DNA of 63,375 bases, the filler included, from Chiloscyllium plagiosum (taxonomy: Eukaryota), in the NCBI RefSeq assembly GCF_004010195.1. It is 4 parts of one record of this genome, joined end to end, with 100 filler letters (N's around TTAATTAATTAA, not from the genome) between each part and the next. Parts side by side here need not be neighbours in the genome. Positions count along the whole stretch, not along the records: positions 34,946 to 59,417 come from NC_057714.1; positions 59,518 to 63,375 come from NC_057714.1; 2 more parts are not named here. One strand, given 5' to 3'. Position numbers and translations under genes: made by a program. This document shows positions 52,400-63,375 of the stretch, piece by piece. The notes under the pieces were generated by a model, which was not told the DNA's origin, did no database searches, and saw nothing but the letters and a program-made list of their open reading frames with translations. The stretch's first letter is position 1. Each line of letters opens with the position of its first letter.

Positions 52400-52765
52400 C
52401 TACCATTGATGCTCAGTAGCTATAGATGCATTGCTGAAATTCAAACATCCTGAGACAGCACCTTCTAAACCCATGAACACTTCCATTTAGAAAGACAAGA
52501 ACAGCAGTTACATGGGAACACCATCACCTGCAAGTTTCCCTCCAAGTCACTCACTATCCTGACTTGGAAATATAATTGCCGGTCGTTCACTGTCATTGGT
52601 CAAAATCCTGGAATCCCCTTCCTATGGGCATTGTGAGCTAACTACAACATGTGGACTGCACCAGTTCAAGAAGGCAGCTCACCACCACCGTCTGAAGTGC
52701 AACTAGGGATGGGTAAAAATGCTGGCCAGCCAGTGTGGCCCGTTTTCTACCAGTGAATTTAAAAT
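52400..52765 (+). mobile_element. Second CR1/L2-group LINE 3' end
   Basis: GGGAACACCATCACCTGCAAGTTTCCCTCC...CTAGGGATGGGTAAAAATGCTGGCC. Confidence 0.75.
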
Positions 52766-53729
52766 AACAGATATCTTAATAGTCTCTTTAACAGCAATAT
52801 TCAGAGCTTGAAGATCCCTGTTAATTATTAGCTGAGGAAACTACTCTGTTCTAATCAATGCAAAATAAAAGCTTTTTTTGTCAAATGCAAAGTTAAGAGA
52901 GTGAACACAAGTCTTCATTTAAGTTTGCAAAAAGCCTGTCAAGGATAGCAAATCTTTGCTAGTGACAAAGATCGCCTGCGGGATGATGATTCTTAGAAAC
53001 AAGAACTAGAAATAACTTGGAAAGTAAAATGTAGAACTGAAGCCCTCATCATCTGGCCAGTCCAAGCATTGGGCTGAGATTAAGTCAGGTAGTGCATTTT
53101 GAACATCTTGCTATTGTCCAAATTTTCCATCCAGTGTTATGCAGGAACTTCTTATGAATCATAGTCCAATTTATTTCTTGTTGTTGATGAAATACTTCTA
53201 CTTACTGATGATGTTCTATTTATGTCCTTATTTGCAGAGAGCAGTCTCAAACTGAAGAGTGCAACTGATACTAATAACAGGAGGTGAGATGCCTTGGGGT
53301 AGCAGCGAGGCAAGTTCTGATTTTCTCATCTGCAGAACTGCTTTCAGACTACTCTTCCTTCTTTCTTTCATCCACCAGATTTACCCTTGTCTCAGAGGGT
53401 ATCACAAATGTACAGGAGGGGGAGAATTCCAGTTTGGCATTTCTCTTTTCAAGATATTGTATAGTTGGAACATCAGAGGGTTTCTTTCACTATCAGTTCT
53501 TTCATAATTTTTCTTTGCTATTGTCCAGCCCAGGAACCAGGTGGCATGAGTGACTGCCATTCTATTCCATCAAAGCAATTGCTCTTCAAGGTGATAATAA
53601 AAGAGAATACTTGTTCAAAATTCTTCCAAAATAGCCAAGAAAACTGTTGAAGATTAATGCCTAAGGTGACAGAGACTTGAGGAGGGGAAGTGGGAGTGAA
53701 CAGTCAAATATTAGTGGTTAAAAGGCATT

Positions 53730-54372
53730 CTTTGAAAGTTGCATCTCGGGGAGACAGGGTGGTTAAGAAGGAATTTAGCATACTTGCCTTCATGGCTCAG
53801 ACCATTGAGTATAGGAGTTATGGTGTCATGTAGAGGTTATACAGGACATTGGTGAGGCCACTTTTAGAGTTCTGGGTACAGTTCTGGTCAGATTTCCTGA
53901 AGAAGGGCTCATGCCCGAAACGTCGATTCTCCTGCACCTGCTGCACTTTTCCAGCAACACATTTTCAGTACAGTTCTGGTCATCCTGCTATAGGAGTGAT
54001 ATTATTAAATCAGAGAGGGTTCAGATAAGATTTACTAGGACTGGAAGGTTTGAGCTATAAGGATAAGCTGGAGAGGTTGGGACTTTTTACACTGGAGCAT
54101 ATGAGGTTTATAAAATCATGAGGGGCATAGATAAGGTGAATAGCAAAGGTCTCTTCCCTAGGGTGGGTGAGTTCAAAACTAGGGGGCATAGTTGAGAAGA
54201 TAAATATTTAAAAGGGACCTGAGGGGCAATGTTTTCACTCAGAGGGTGGTTCATTTGTGGAAAAAACTACCAGAGGAAGTGGTGGATGTGGGACAAGTTC
54301 AGTTTTGGAAACTTGGTCAACATGGACGAGTTGGACCAAAGGGTATGTTTCTGTGCTGTATGACTCTATAAC
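53730..54372 (+). mobile_element. CR1 3' fragment interrupted by a 77-bp PLE insertion
   Basis: Colinear with 48555-49240; TATGACTCTATA tail. Confidence 0.88.
53891..53967 (+). mobile_element. 77-bp hammerhead-containing PLE mini-insertion with a perfect 15-bp TSD
   Basis: TSD GTACAGTTCTGGTCA at 53876-53890 and 53968-53982; intact core CTGAAGAAGGGCTCATGCCCGAAACGTC at 53897-53924. Confidence 0.92.
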
Positions 54373-54756
54373 TTGAGGGCAGATATATGGTAAAGAGTAA
54401 ACCATATTTAACTCTGAAACCAGGTACTACTGAGCATGTGCTTCAGGATCTGTGTCACAGTGACATCAGATCAAATGGAACTAAAAAATGGATACATAAG
54501 AATCCAGAAATATGTCTCTCTCACCATTCTTTGTAGATAGTTATACTCAATAAAGCCTGTTAATGTTCACTCAGCTGAGTGTAGACCTGATCTTACTACA
54601 GGGAGCATGATTAAGAAGTTTAGAATTTACAGAAATTGCTCATGTGATTGCAAGTGAGGAAGAAAGTCAAAGACTGCAGAATAGGACAGATCAGGTGAAG
54701 GAAAGTGACAAATGAAGTTTCATCCAGTGAAGTGTAAGGTAGTGCATTTGAGGACG

Positions 54757-55116
54757 GAGGCAGTGGTCCAGTAGTATTATCGCCAGACTGCTAATCTGGA
54801 GACTCGCAGAATGTTCTGGGGACGTGGACTCAAATCCCACCATAGTAGATGGTGGAGTTTGAATTCAATGAAAATTTTCAATTAAGAGTTTCATAATGAC
54901 CACAATCCATTGCCAACTGTTGGGGAGAAAACCCATCTGGTTCACTAACGCCATTGAGGGAAGGAAACTGTTATCCTCAGCTGGTCTGGCCTACATGTGA
55001 CACCAGACCCACAGCAATGCAATTGATTCTTAACTGCCCTCTGGGCAATTAGGGATGGGCAATAAATGCTGGCATAGTCAGAGACACACACTGATCCCGT
55101 AAATGAATTTTAAAAA
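54757..55116 (+). mobile_element. tRNA-derived SINE sharing its 3' tail with the second LINE family
   Basis: Decayed A/B boxes (GTGGTCCAGTAG, GACTCAAATCC); tail GGGCAATTAGGGATGGGCAATAAATGCTGGC matches 52699-52730. Confidence 0.7.
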
Positions 55117-55199
55117 GAAGTACATCAGATGTTGTATTATGACTGAGTATGCTTTATCTCTGATACATCCAGTAGAATATCTAAGGCTGATGAATTTAC

Positions 55200-56610
55200 A
55201 ATGATCTTCAGCTAGAGATGCTGAGTGGATGACCTACCCTGGACTTCCTCAAAGGTCCCCAGCATCATAGATTGTCAGTCCACAGCCAATTTGATTCACT
55301 CCGCATGATGTCAAGAAATGGTTGAAGGCACTGGATACTGCAAAGGCAATGGGCCCTGACAATATCTGATAATAGCACTGAAGACCTATGCTCCATAATA
55401 TGCTGTACCCTTAGTCAAGCTGATCCAGTACATCTATAACACTAGCATCTACCCAATCATATGAAAAAATGCCTAGGTATGTCCTGAACATGAAAAGCAG
55501 GTCAAATCCAACTTAGACAACTAACAATCCATCAGTCTATTCTCAATAATCAGTAAAATGATGGAAGATGTCATCAACAATTCTATCAAGCAGCATTTGC
55601 TTAGTAATAACCTTATCACTGGGGCTTAGTTTGGTATGACCAGGACCACTGTGTTCCTGACCTTATGATGTGATTGGTCCAAACACAGAAAAAATAGCTG
55701 AATTCAAGAGATCAGGTTAGAGCGACTGCCCGTGACATCAAAAAAATCATTTTACTGTGTGACATTAAGGAGTTCTAGCAAGAATGCCAATCGAGGGAAA
55801 CACTATCAGTCGAAGTCATTCCTGGCACATAGGAAGATGGCTATTGTGGTTACAGTTCAGTCGTCTCTGCTCAAAATCTTCAGGGTAGTATCCTTGGTCC
55901 AACCATCTTCAGCTGCTTCATCAATGGCCTTCCCTTCATCATAAGGTCAGAAGTGAGGATCTTCGGTGATGATGACAGAATGTTCAGCACCACTCGAGTC
56001 TCCTCAGATTCTGAAACAATCCATGCCCAATGTCACATGACCAGGTCAATATTCAGGCTTGGACTTGCACAACTGTGAAGTAATGATCATCTCAATAACA
56101 GGGAATCTAACCATTACCCTTTGTCATTTAATGGCATCTCTATCATTGAATCACCGTCATCAACATCCCAGCTGTTTCCATTGACCAGCAACTCAACCAC
56201 TCATACATATACTGTGGCTACAAGAGCAGGTCAGAAGCTAGGAGTCTTTCAGTGAGTAACTCAGCTCCTGATTCGCATCAACCACCTACAATGTGATGGA
56301 ACACTCCCTACTTGCTTGCATGCGTGTAGCTCCAATAACACTCAACAAGCTTGACATCATCCAGACCAAAGCAGCCTGTTTGATTGAATAGCACCACATT
56401 CAAAAACAGTCTGCTTACCCCTGACACTCAGTAGCAGCAGTGTGTACAATTTACAAGATGCACTGCAAAAATTCACTAAGGCTCCTCATACAGTAACTTT
56501 CAAACTCACAATTACCATCTAGAAGGACCAAGGGCAGTAGGTACATGGGAACACCATCACCTGTAAGTTCCCCTTCAAACTACTCACCATCCCAACTTGG
56601 AAATATATGA
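55200..56610 (+). mobile_element. Second CR1/L2-group LINE, decayed RT region
   Basis: Remnants KAMGPDN, ISLFSIISKMME, QG..LGP and IFGDD. Confidence 0.75.
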
Positions 56611-56855
56611 TACAGTTTTGGTTGCCATAATAAAATAAGGATATGGTGGCTTTGGAGGGGCTACAGAAAAGGTTTACCAGACTGTTGCCTGGTTTAGAGG
56701 GTATTAGCAATAAGGAGAGATTGGACAAACTCAGTTTGGTTTCATTTGAACATCAGAGGCTGAGGAGCAACTTGATAGAAGTTTACAAAATTATGACAGG
56801 CATTGATAAAATGTATAGTCAAAGTCTTTTCCCCAGGGTAGGAATGTCAATTACT
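56610..56855 (+). mobile_element. CR1 fragment
   Basis: ALEGLQKRFTRLLPGLEG...LIEVYKIM. Confidence 0.85.
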
Positions 56856-57544
56856 CTCAAAGCCTGCAAGAAAAGTAATGCACCTACCTAGTTTTAGTTT
56901 ATGAACAAAGAGAAACTCATTTCACTCTTTTCTTTCATATTAGGAAATCAAAATCAAAAGCACCACTACATCATTCAATAATATTATTTCCTAATTATAA
57001 TTCTACATGGTTATCCTGCCTACCTGTCCAAACTCTGAAAACATACATAATTCATAAGCAGAATTCACTTTCCAAACATTTTTATTGGATTTGTTTGGAT
57101 AATATTGAAATTAAGATTTGAGAATATATGCATCACACTTTGCACACTATTTTGCCATCAATTTTAGCTTAATAGAAACAACCAATATTCCAATGATGGA
57201 TCAGCATTTTATAGGATTGCTAGACTCAGAGATTGGTTTCACATAAATATCAAAGTTCAGTTTTGAAAATAAAATGGCTTCATAATCATTTGCACAAGAA
57301 GCTGTTTTTAAACTTTTAATTTGACAAAGATTTTCTAATCGTTGGGCCAATTCCTATCATTGGGTATGATCTACCTGAACCTGATCTGGGACTCATTGTC
57401 TTTGTATTTCTATCTTTTATCATTCCTTTTTATTTGCCAATAGTTTCCTGAAAATGTTGAGACATCTACCACTAATATTCTCTTTTATCCTCTTTTGTTT
57501 CCTTGAAATGTTCTTCCCACAACATCTTACAAAACTGTTTCCTC

Positions 57545-58062
57545 TTTAAAGTATATTTTGAAATAAAAAAATGTTTGATCATAAAATTATTTGGATCTCT
57601 TTACAATTGGTCATGCTACTTTTGTGCACACATTACATTTCTTTACGTACAAACATCAAAATTTATTTTTCCTATATACAAGTCAGTACATTTACTATCC
57701 AGCTCTTCTGCTGAGGCATCAGTGGAGCCCAAATGACTGGTTGGGCCCCCTGTTCTTCTTAGACAGGCAGATGTTACACGGTGGTCTTTCCCAACCACGC
57801 CTTGGCAGCAGCTGCCCCAAGCTTCAGCGCGTCCCTCAACATGTAGTCCTGGATGTTGGAATGTGCCAGTCTGCAACACTCAGTCGGGGTCAACTCCTTC
57901 AGCTGGAAGAGCAAGAGGTTTCGGACCGCCCAGAGAGTGTCCTTCACCGAGTTGATAATCCTCCAGGCACAGTTGATGTTCGTCTCGGTGTGCGTCCCGG
58001 GGAACAGACCGTAGAGCACGGAGTCTCATGTTACGGTGCTGCTCAGGACGAACCTCGACAAA
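57545..58062 (-). mobile_element. L1-Tx1 LINE ORF2 C-terminus and 3'UTR
   Basis: LYGLFPGTHTETNINCAWRIINSVKDTLWAVRN...LRDALKLG*; stop at 57774. Confidence 0.8.
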
Positions 58063-58067
58063 AAACA

Positions 58068-59046
58068 TTTTTTTAAATTTGAAAATAAACTTTATTCATA
58101 GAAATAAATCTTTGGTACCTGTACAATTGGTCACGTCGTTCATATATATACACATTGCATGTCTTAACATGACAGAGAACAGATTGAATTAATCGAATTT
58201 ATAGTTATCGTATTTACAGTTCCATTTATTAACCATCCAGTCTTTTAGTATTTAGCTGTGGCTTCAGCGGAGCCCACCTACTGAGTAGGCCCCCTGTTAT
58301 ACGATAGCAAAGGAACCTTCTTTAACCCCCAGTTTATGGGGTTACCATTGTCCATTTGACTGTCCTGTCTCTGGGGTAGCTGTCTGCATCCCCATGGTGA
58401 GCACGAACTGCTGGACCCTCACTGGGCTGAGGTAGCTATCCAGCTCCTCACTGGGGTCATTTACCCGCTCTGCTGTCAGTGAGCCAAGGCAAGGGTCCGC
58501 ACCGTCCAGTTCTGTGTCTGACAGTGGGATTGTCAGAGGATCACAGTTCTCAGTTACCTGTAGCTGTGGGGCAGTGGGTACCCCCTGGTTCTCACTGGGT
58601 GGAGGGTAGACTTCGGGGGGTCCGTTGTTTCCTGGTTGGGAGGAAATGCCCTCCTCTTCACCCACGGCGCTCTGTCTCTTCTTCTGGTGGTGATGACCTT
58701 CCTTGCGCCCGTCTTCACCATCCGAAGAGCTGGCCATCCCTCCCTCGTGCAGCTGTCTTTTCCCCTTTTGCTGGGAGGCTTTGGGGGCCTGGCAGGATTT
58801 TCTCTTCCTGTTTTTAACAGGACTCCACTCCTCTGCCTTGTCGATTACCTCCTCCTCCATTGCTTCCATCTGCCCAGCTAGAGCTAGGATCAGCTGCTAT
58901 GTCTCTCCGCTGGCTGCTGCCTCCTCCGGTCCAGCCTGTCTTCTTTCTGGATGCCACCAGACTCCATTTCCCTGCTGTCTGGGTGGACCTTGCTGGTCTG
59001 TGGGGGTCCACGGCTCACATTGCCACCTCCAGCCATCTGTGCGTAG
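58068..59046 (-). mobile_element. Tx1-related element with an ORF1-like C-terminus followed directly by 3'UTR and poly(A) (HAL1-like)
   Basis: RTYAQMA motif, low-complexity basic/acidic ORF 58342-58869, UTR homologous to 57590-57770, AATAAA and A-tail. Confidence 0.55.
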
Positions 59047-59417
59047 GTGCGTCCCGGGGAACAGACCGTAGAGCACGGAGTCCCGCGTCACGGCGCTGCT
59101 CGGGACGAACCTCGACAAACACCACTGCATTCCTCTCCAGACTTCCTCTGCATAGACACATTCCAGAAGGAGGTGTGTGACAGTCTCGTTCCCCCCCGCA
59201 GCCACTTCGAGGGCAGCGTGTGGTGCGGCTGAAAATCCGGGCGTGCATAAAGGATCTCACAGGCTGAGCCCTTCTCACCACCAGCCAAGCCATGTCTTGG
59301 TGCTTGTTGGAAAGTTCTGGCGATGAGGCATTCTGCCAAATGACTTTGACAGTCTGCTCAGGGAACCGCTCGATAGCATCCGCCCTCTCCTTTTCCCGAA
59401 GGGCCTCAAGGACACTA
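59047..59417 (-). mobile_element. L1-Tx1 ORF2 cysteine-rich (zf-RVT) fragment
   Basis: AWLVVRRA.PVR...CPRSGC..ETVTHLLLEC...VW. Confidence 0.85.
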
Positions 59418-59517
59418 NNNNNNNNNNNNNNNNNNNNNNNNNNNNNNNNNNNNNNNNNNNNTTAATTAATTAANNNNNNNNNNNNNNNNNNNNNNNNNNN
59501 NNNNNNNNNNNNNNNNN
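59418..59517. other. 100-bp assembly gap with TTAATTAATTAA linker
   Basis: 44 N + 12 nt + 44 N. Confidence 0.97.
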
Positions 59518-59554
59518 TGTAATGTAATGTAATGTAATGTAATGTAATGTAATG
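59518..59554. repeat. (TGTAA)n microsatellite
   Basis: About 7 units next to the gap. Confidence 0.95.
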
Positions 59555-59559
59555 AAAAA

Positions 59560-60105
59560 AGCTGGTCAGAGGCTAGGAATACAAATAGAAATTCACTGTT
59601 GACTCCCTAAAGCTTGCCCACCATCTAAAACTATATTACATCAGTAATACGATGGAATATGATCCATTTGCTGGTAAGTGCAACTCTAACAACACAGAAT
59701 CTTGACACCATTCAGGTTCACCCCATGTCCTGACACATTCACTTCCTTCATGAGCAATACACAATAGCAGCAGTGTGCACAAATTCACCAAACTTTGTCG
59801 GACAGCACCTTCCAAAGCCATCATCTCAAAGAAAAGGGTAGCAGATAGATGGGAACACCATCACCTGCAAATTCCTTTCCCTGTCAGTCACCATCCTAAA
59901 TTGGAAATATATCGCTGTTCCTGCACAGTCATTGGGTCAAAATCCTAGAACTTCCTCCCGAACAAGATTGCAGGTGTACCGACATAAATCAGACTGCAAC
60001 AGTTCAAGAAGGCCGCTCACCAATGCCGCCATAAAGACAAAACAGGATGGCAATATATGCTGCCCAACCAGCAAAACCTAAATCTCCAGAATGAATTTAA
60101 AAAAC
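59560..60105 (+). mobile_element. Second CR1/L2-group LINE 3' end
   Basis: Similar to 56225-56610 and 52400-52765. Confidence 0.75.
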
Positions 60106-60984
60106 TCAATCCAAACCTCAACATTTTAAATATTTTTTGTTTTTATCATGCACAATTTTATGTTGAAATGGATCTAGAATCTAGATTTATATTATGAGCA
60201 AGCAAATTACATGAAAAATTTATGCAATGGACCTGCTACAAAGTGTGCTTTACATAAAAATGTTTGTAGAGATTGCAAAAATTAAAATTATCTAGAGTTG
60301 CATATTATTTGCGGGATACTACATATGTGTAATTACAGGAGGACAGTCAGCAATTTATTTGTGATACAAAGCCCCAGAATGAGTTCTACATGTATTTACT
60401 TACGGAACATGTTGTAAAACTGCTTAGGAATTAGATTGAGTTTGCCCCAGGGAGATCCATGGTTCTTTTTCTTGGCATATTCAGCATGGTTAAATTCAGG
60501 TTCAGTTCCAAAAGAATCAAGAACCCTCAACAAGCATCTAAGAAAGGATGCAAGAAGTATGAAAAATATTGGCATGATGATCAAAATTTTCAGATTATCA
60601 GGGAGACAATGACAGTTTGTTAAAAGTCAAAAGACTGATTTACCAGTTTTGAATACTTAGTTCTGAACTTCCAAAATATCCATGTAAATGTGGAGTGATT
60701 TAAAATTCTCAAAGCATTTGTGTAATTATTGAAGATACTGTAATGATAACTGTTCCAAATTCCTTCCATTGGAAACACCAGATTTTTGGAACAAACCACT
60801 GCCCATTATCTGCATATTTTAGCAGGCCTTTGCAAAACTCTGTATATCATTATTCATTCTAAACACTGTAAGAAGCAAACTCAATTCACTTCTTCACATT
60901 TATTTTGCTGGAATTGCTTGCCACCTTTCAATCACTTGCATTATCAGTGTATACTCCCAACAGTGTTTCAAGACTGTTGTACAA

Positions 60985-61180
60985 CAAACAAAATCAGAAA
61001 TTGCTGATGAAACACACTGGTGTGGTAGCATCTGTGGAGAGAATGCAGAAAATTCAGGATTGTTCTGAAGAAGGGTCACAAGAGCCAAAGGTTAACTCTG
61101 CTTTCTCTCCACAGATGCTGCGAGACCGGAGAGTTTCCAGCAACTTCTGATTTTGTTTTTGATTTCCAAAATCTGCAGAT
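60985..61180. mobile_element. Palindromic PLE family C mini-element with decayed hammerhead
   Basis: Inverted arms (AAAATCAGAAATTGCTG / CAGCAACTTCTGATTTT); GTT-CTGAAGA at 61062-61071, then GGTTAAC. Confidence 0.75.
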
Positions 61181-61294
61181 TTTTCTTTTTCTTTGTATTA
61201 AACACATACTTGTCCCTCCGTGGTTTATCACGTCCGTCATCCATCAACTTTTTACAGCACAGATCCAGTTAAACACTAGATAAGTTTAAGAAAC

Positions 61295-63180
61295 TTTTTT
61301 TTATTTCCTGATAGGATGTGGGCATCACTGACTAAACCAGCATTTATTAGTCATCCCTAATTGCCCTGGTGGTAAGCAGCCTTTGTGAACTGCTGCAATC
61401 TTGAGATGCAGCAACATCCACAGTGTTTTTAAGAAATTTTACTTGGTGTCAGTGTAAGAACAGTGATATAGTTCCAAGTGAGGATATTATGTGACTTCTG
61501 GGGGAAGTTTTTCATGATGGTCTTCTCATACATCTGCCTTCATTGTCCTTCTAGTGGTAGAGGCCATGGGTTTGGAGGTACTGCTGAAGGAGCCTGGGTT
61601 AGTTGGAGCACTGTATCTTGTAAATGGTGCACGGTTGTGTATGTCAGCGGTGAAGAATGTGAAAGGTTTTCAGGAATAGACATGAATGGGGAGGAGGCTC
61701 AAGAGACTGAATGACCTACTCACTCCTGTTTTTAATTCATGAATCTGTATTGTGCAGGTGATGAATGGGCTGCAACTCAGGCAGGTTGTTGTCCTGGATG
61801 GTGACAAGCCAAAATGTTGATGGACTTGCATCTAACCAGGTTCTTGGAGAATATTCAATCACATTCCTGACTTCTACTTTGTAGATGGTGGACAGAGGCT
61901 GGGGAATCAGAAGGTGTGTTGCTCATTGCAGAACTCTCAGCCTCTGACTTTCTGTTATAGCCAAGTATTGTACGAACTGGTCCAGTTCAACTTCTGGTCA
62001 ATGGTAACCCCCAGGATTTTGACACTGAAGGATTCAACGTTGCTGATTTACAGTGAAATTATTAGATTCTCTCTTGTTGAAGATGGTCATTGCCTGACAG
62101 TGGTGCAGCAAGAACATTACTTGTCACTTATCAGCCCAAATATTGCTTGGGACTTGCTGCATTTGGATGCAGGCTACTTCAGCATCTGAGGCAATGAAAA
62201 ATGGTGAATATTGTGCAATCCTTCGTGAACATCTCACTCTGACTTTATAATGAAGGGAAGGTAATTGATGAAGAGGCAAAAGATGGTTGGGCCTAAGACA
62301 CAACTCTGAAGAACTACTCTAGTGATTTCTTGCGACTGACCTTTCAAAAACCACTATCGTCTTCCTTTGTGCTCAATATGACTCCAACCAGTGCAGAGTT
62401 TTCCTCTTGATTCCTACTGACTTCAATTTTGCTGGAGCTCCTTGATGCATACTTGGTCAAACACTACCTTGATGTCAATGATAGTCACTCTCAACTTACC
62501 TCTACAGTGTCCATGTTCGGACCAGGTCTGTAATGAGGCCAGGAGTTGAATGGCCCTGGCAGAATTGGAACTGATAGTCAGTGAGCATGTTATTAGTAAA
62601 CAAATACTGCTGGATAGCACTGTCAACATTTCTTTCCATCACTTTGCTGATGTGTGCAAGTAGATTGACTGGGCAATAATTGATTGGGTGCACAATTTTT
62701 CACATTGTTAGGTAGATGCCAGTGTTGTAACTTCACTGGAATAATTTTGCCAGAGGCAAGGCTAAATCTGGAGCACAAGTTTTCAGTACTATTGCTGGAA
62801 TGTTGCATTTGCAGTATCCAATACCTTCAGCCATTTCTTGATATCATGTGGAATGGCAAAAAATGGCTGAATGGCCAGGAAAGAAAGGGGTTGTGATGGA
62901 TTACCCACTTAGAACTTCTGATTGAAACAAGATACAAGTCTGCAGTATTGGCTTTTTCAGTAATATGCTGGGCCAACCATCTTTGGACATGGATTATTTG
63001 TGGAGCCTGATCCTGCTGTTAATTGTCAACCACCATTCACAATTGAATATGACAGGCTGCAGAGCTTTGATCTGCTCCATTGCTTGTGGCATTGTTTACC
63101 TTTGTCTATTTCATGCTGTTTCTGCTGTTTGGAATAAAAGTAGCCCTGTTTTGCAGCTTAACCAGGTTGACACCTCATTT
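61295..63180 (-). mobile_element. Second CR1/L2-group LINE, long decayed fragment
   Basis: NYCPVNLLAHISKVME, QFQFCQGHS, DIKVVFDQV; tail near 61300-61370. Confidence 0.8.
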
Positions 63181-63181
63181 T

Positions 63182-63375
63182 TAGATTAGATTAGATTAGA
63201 TTACTTACAGTGTGGAAACAGGCCCTTCGGCCCAATAAATCCACACCGCCCCTCCGAAGCGCAACCCACCCATACCCATACATTTACCCCTTACCTAACA
63301 CTATGGGCAATTTAGCATGGCCAATTCACCTGACCTGCACATCTTTGGACTGTGGGAGGAAACCGGAGCACCCGG
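63182..63375 (-). mobile_element. HE1-type V-SINE 3' part, cut by the window edge
   Basis: (TAGAT)n followed by the same body as 6091-6399. Confidence 0.92.

Overview
Repeat-rich eukaryotic DNA, intronic or intergenic. The repeat set (HE1/V-SINEs, HER1/CR1 LINEs) points to a cartilaginous fish, probably a shark (inference). I cannot support any host protein-coding gene; every recognisable ORF is a transposon relic. Contents: many CR1 LINE fragments, including an 8.3 kb nest around a near full-length CR1 (esterase ORF1, APE, RT); about 11 HE1-type SINEs; a second CR1/L2-group LINE with a partner SINE; an RTE relic; a Harbinger-like relic; two L1-Tx1 loci; and about a dozen Penelope-like element (PLE) pieces from at least three families. 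Main signals: (1) the PLE pieces carry minimal type I hammerhead ribozyme motifs, and their truncation or inversion junctions repeatedly fall at the 5' edge of that motif, giving 77-560 bp insertions with 10-16 bp target-site duplications (TSDs); (2) an 18-nt PLE terminus sits between two 170-bp direct repeats; (3) a stack of Tx1 3' ends suggests repeated insertion at one site; (4) an ORF1-only (HAL1-like) Tx1 derivative. There are four assembly gaps, three with an artificial TTAATTAATTAA linker. Family names come from recognition of sequence motifs, not database searches, and repeat boundaries are approximate.
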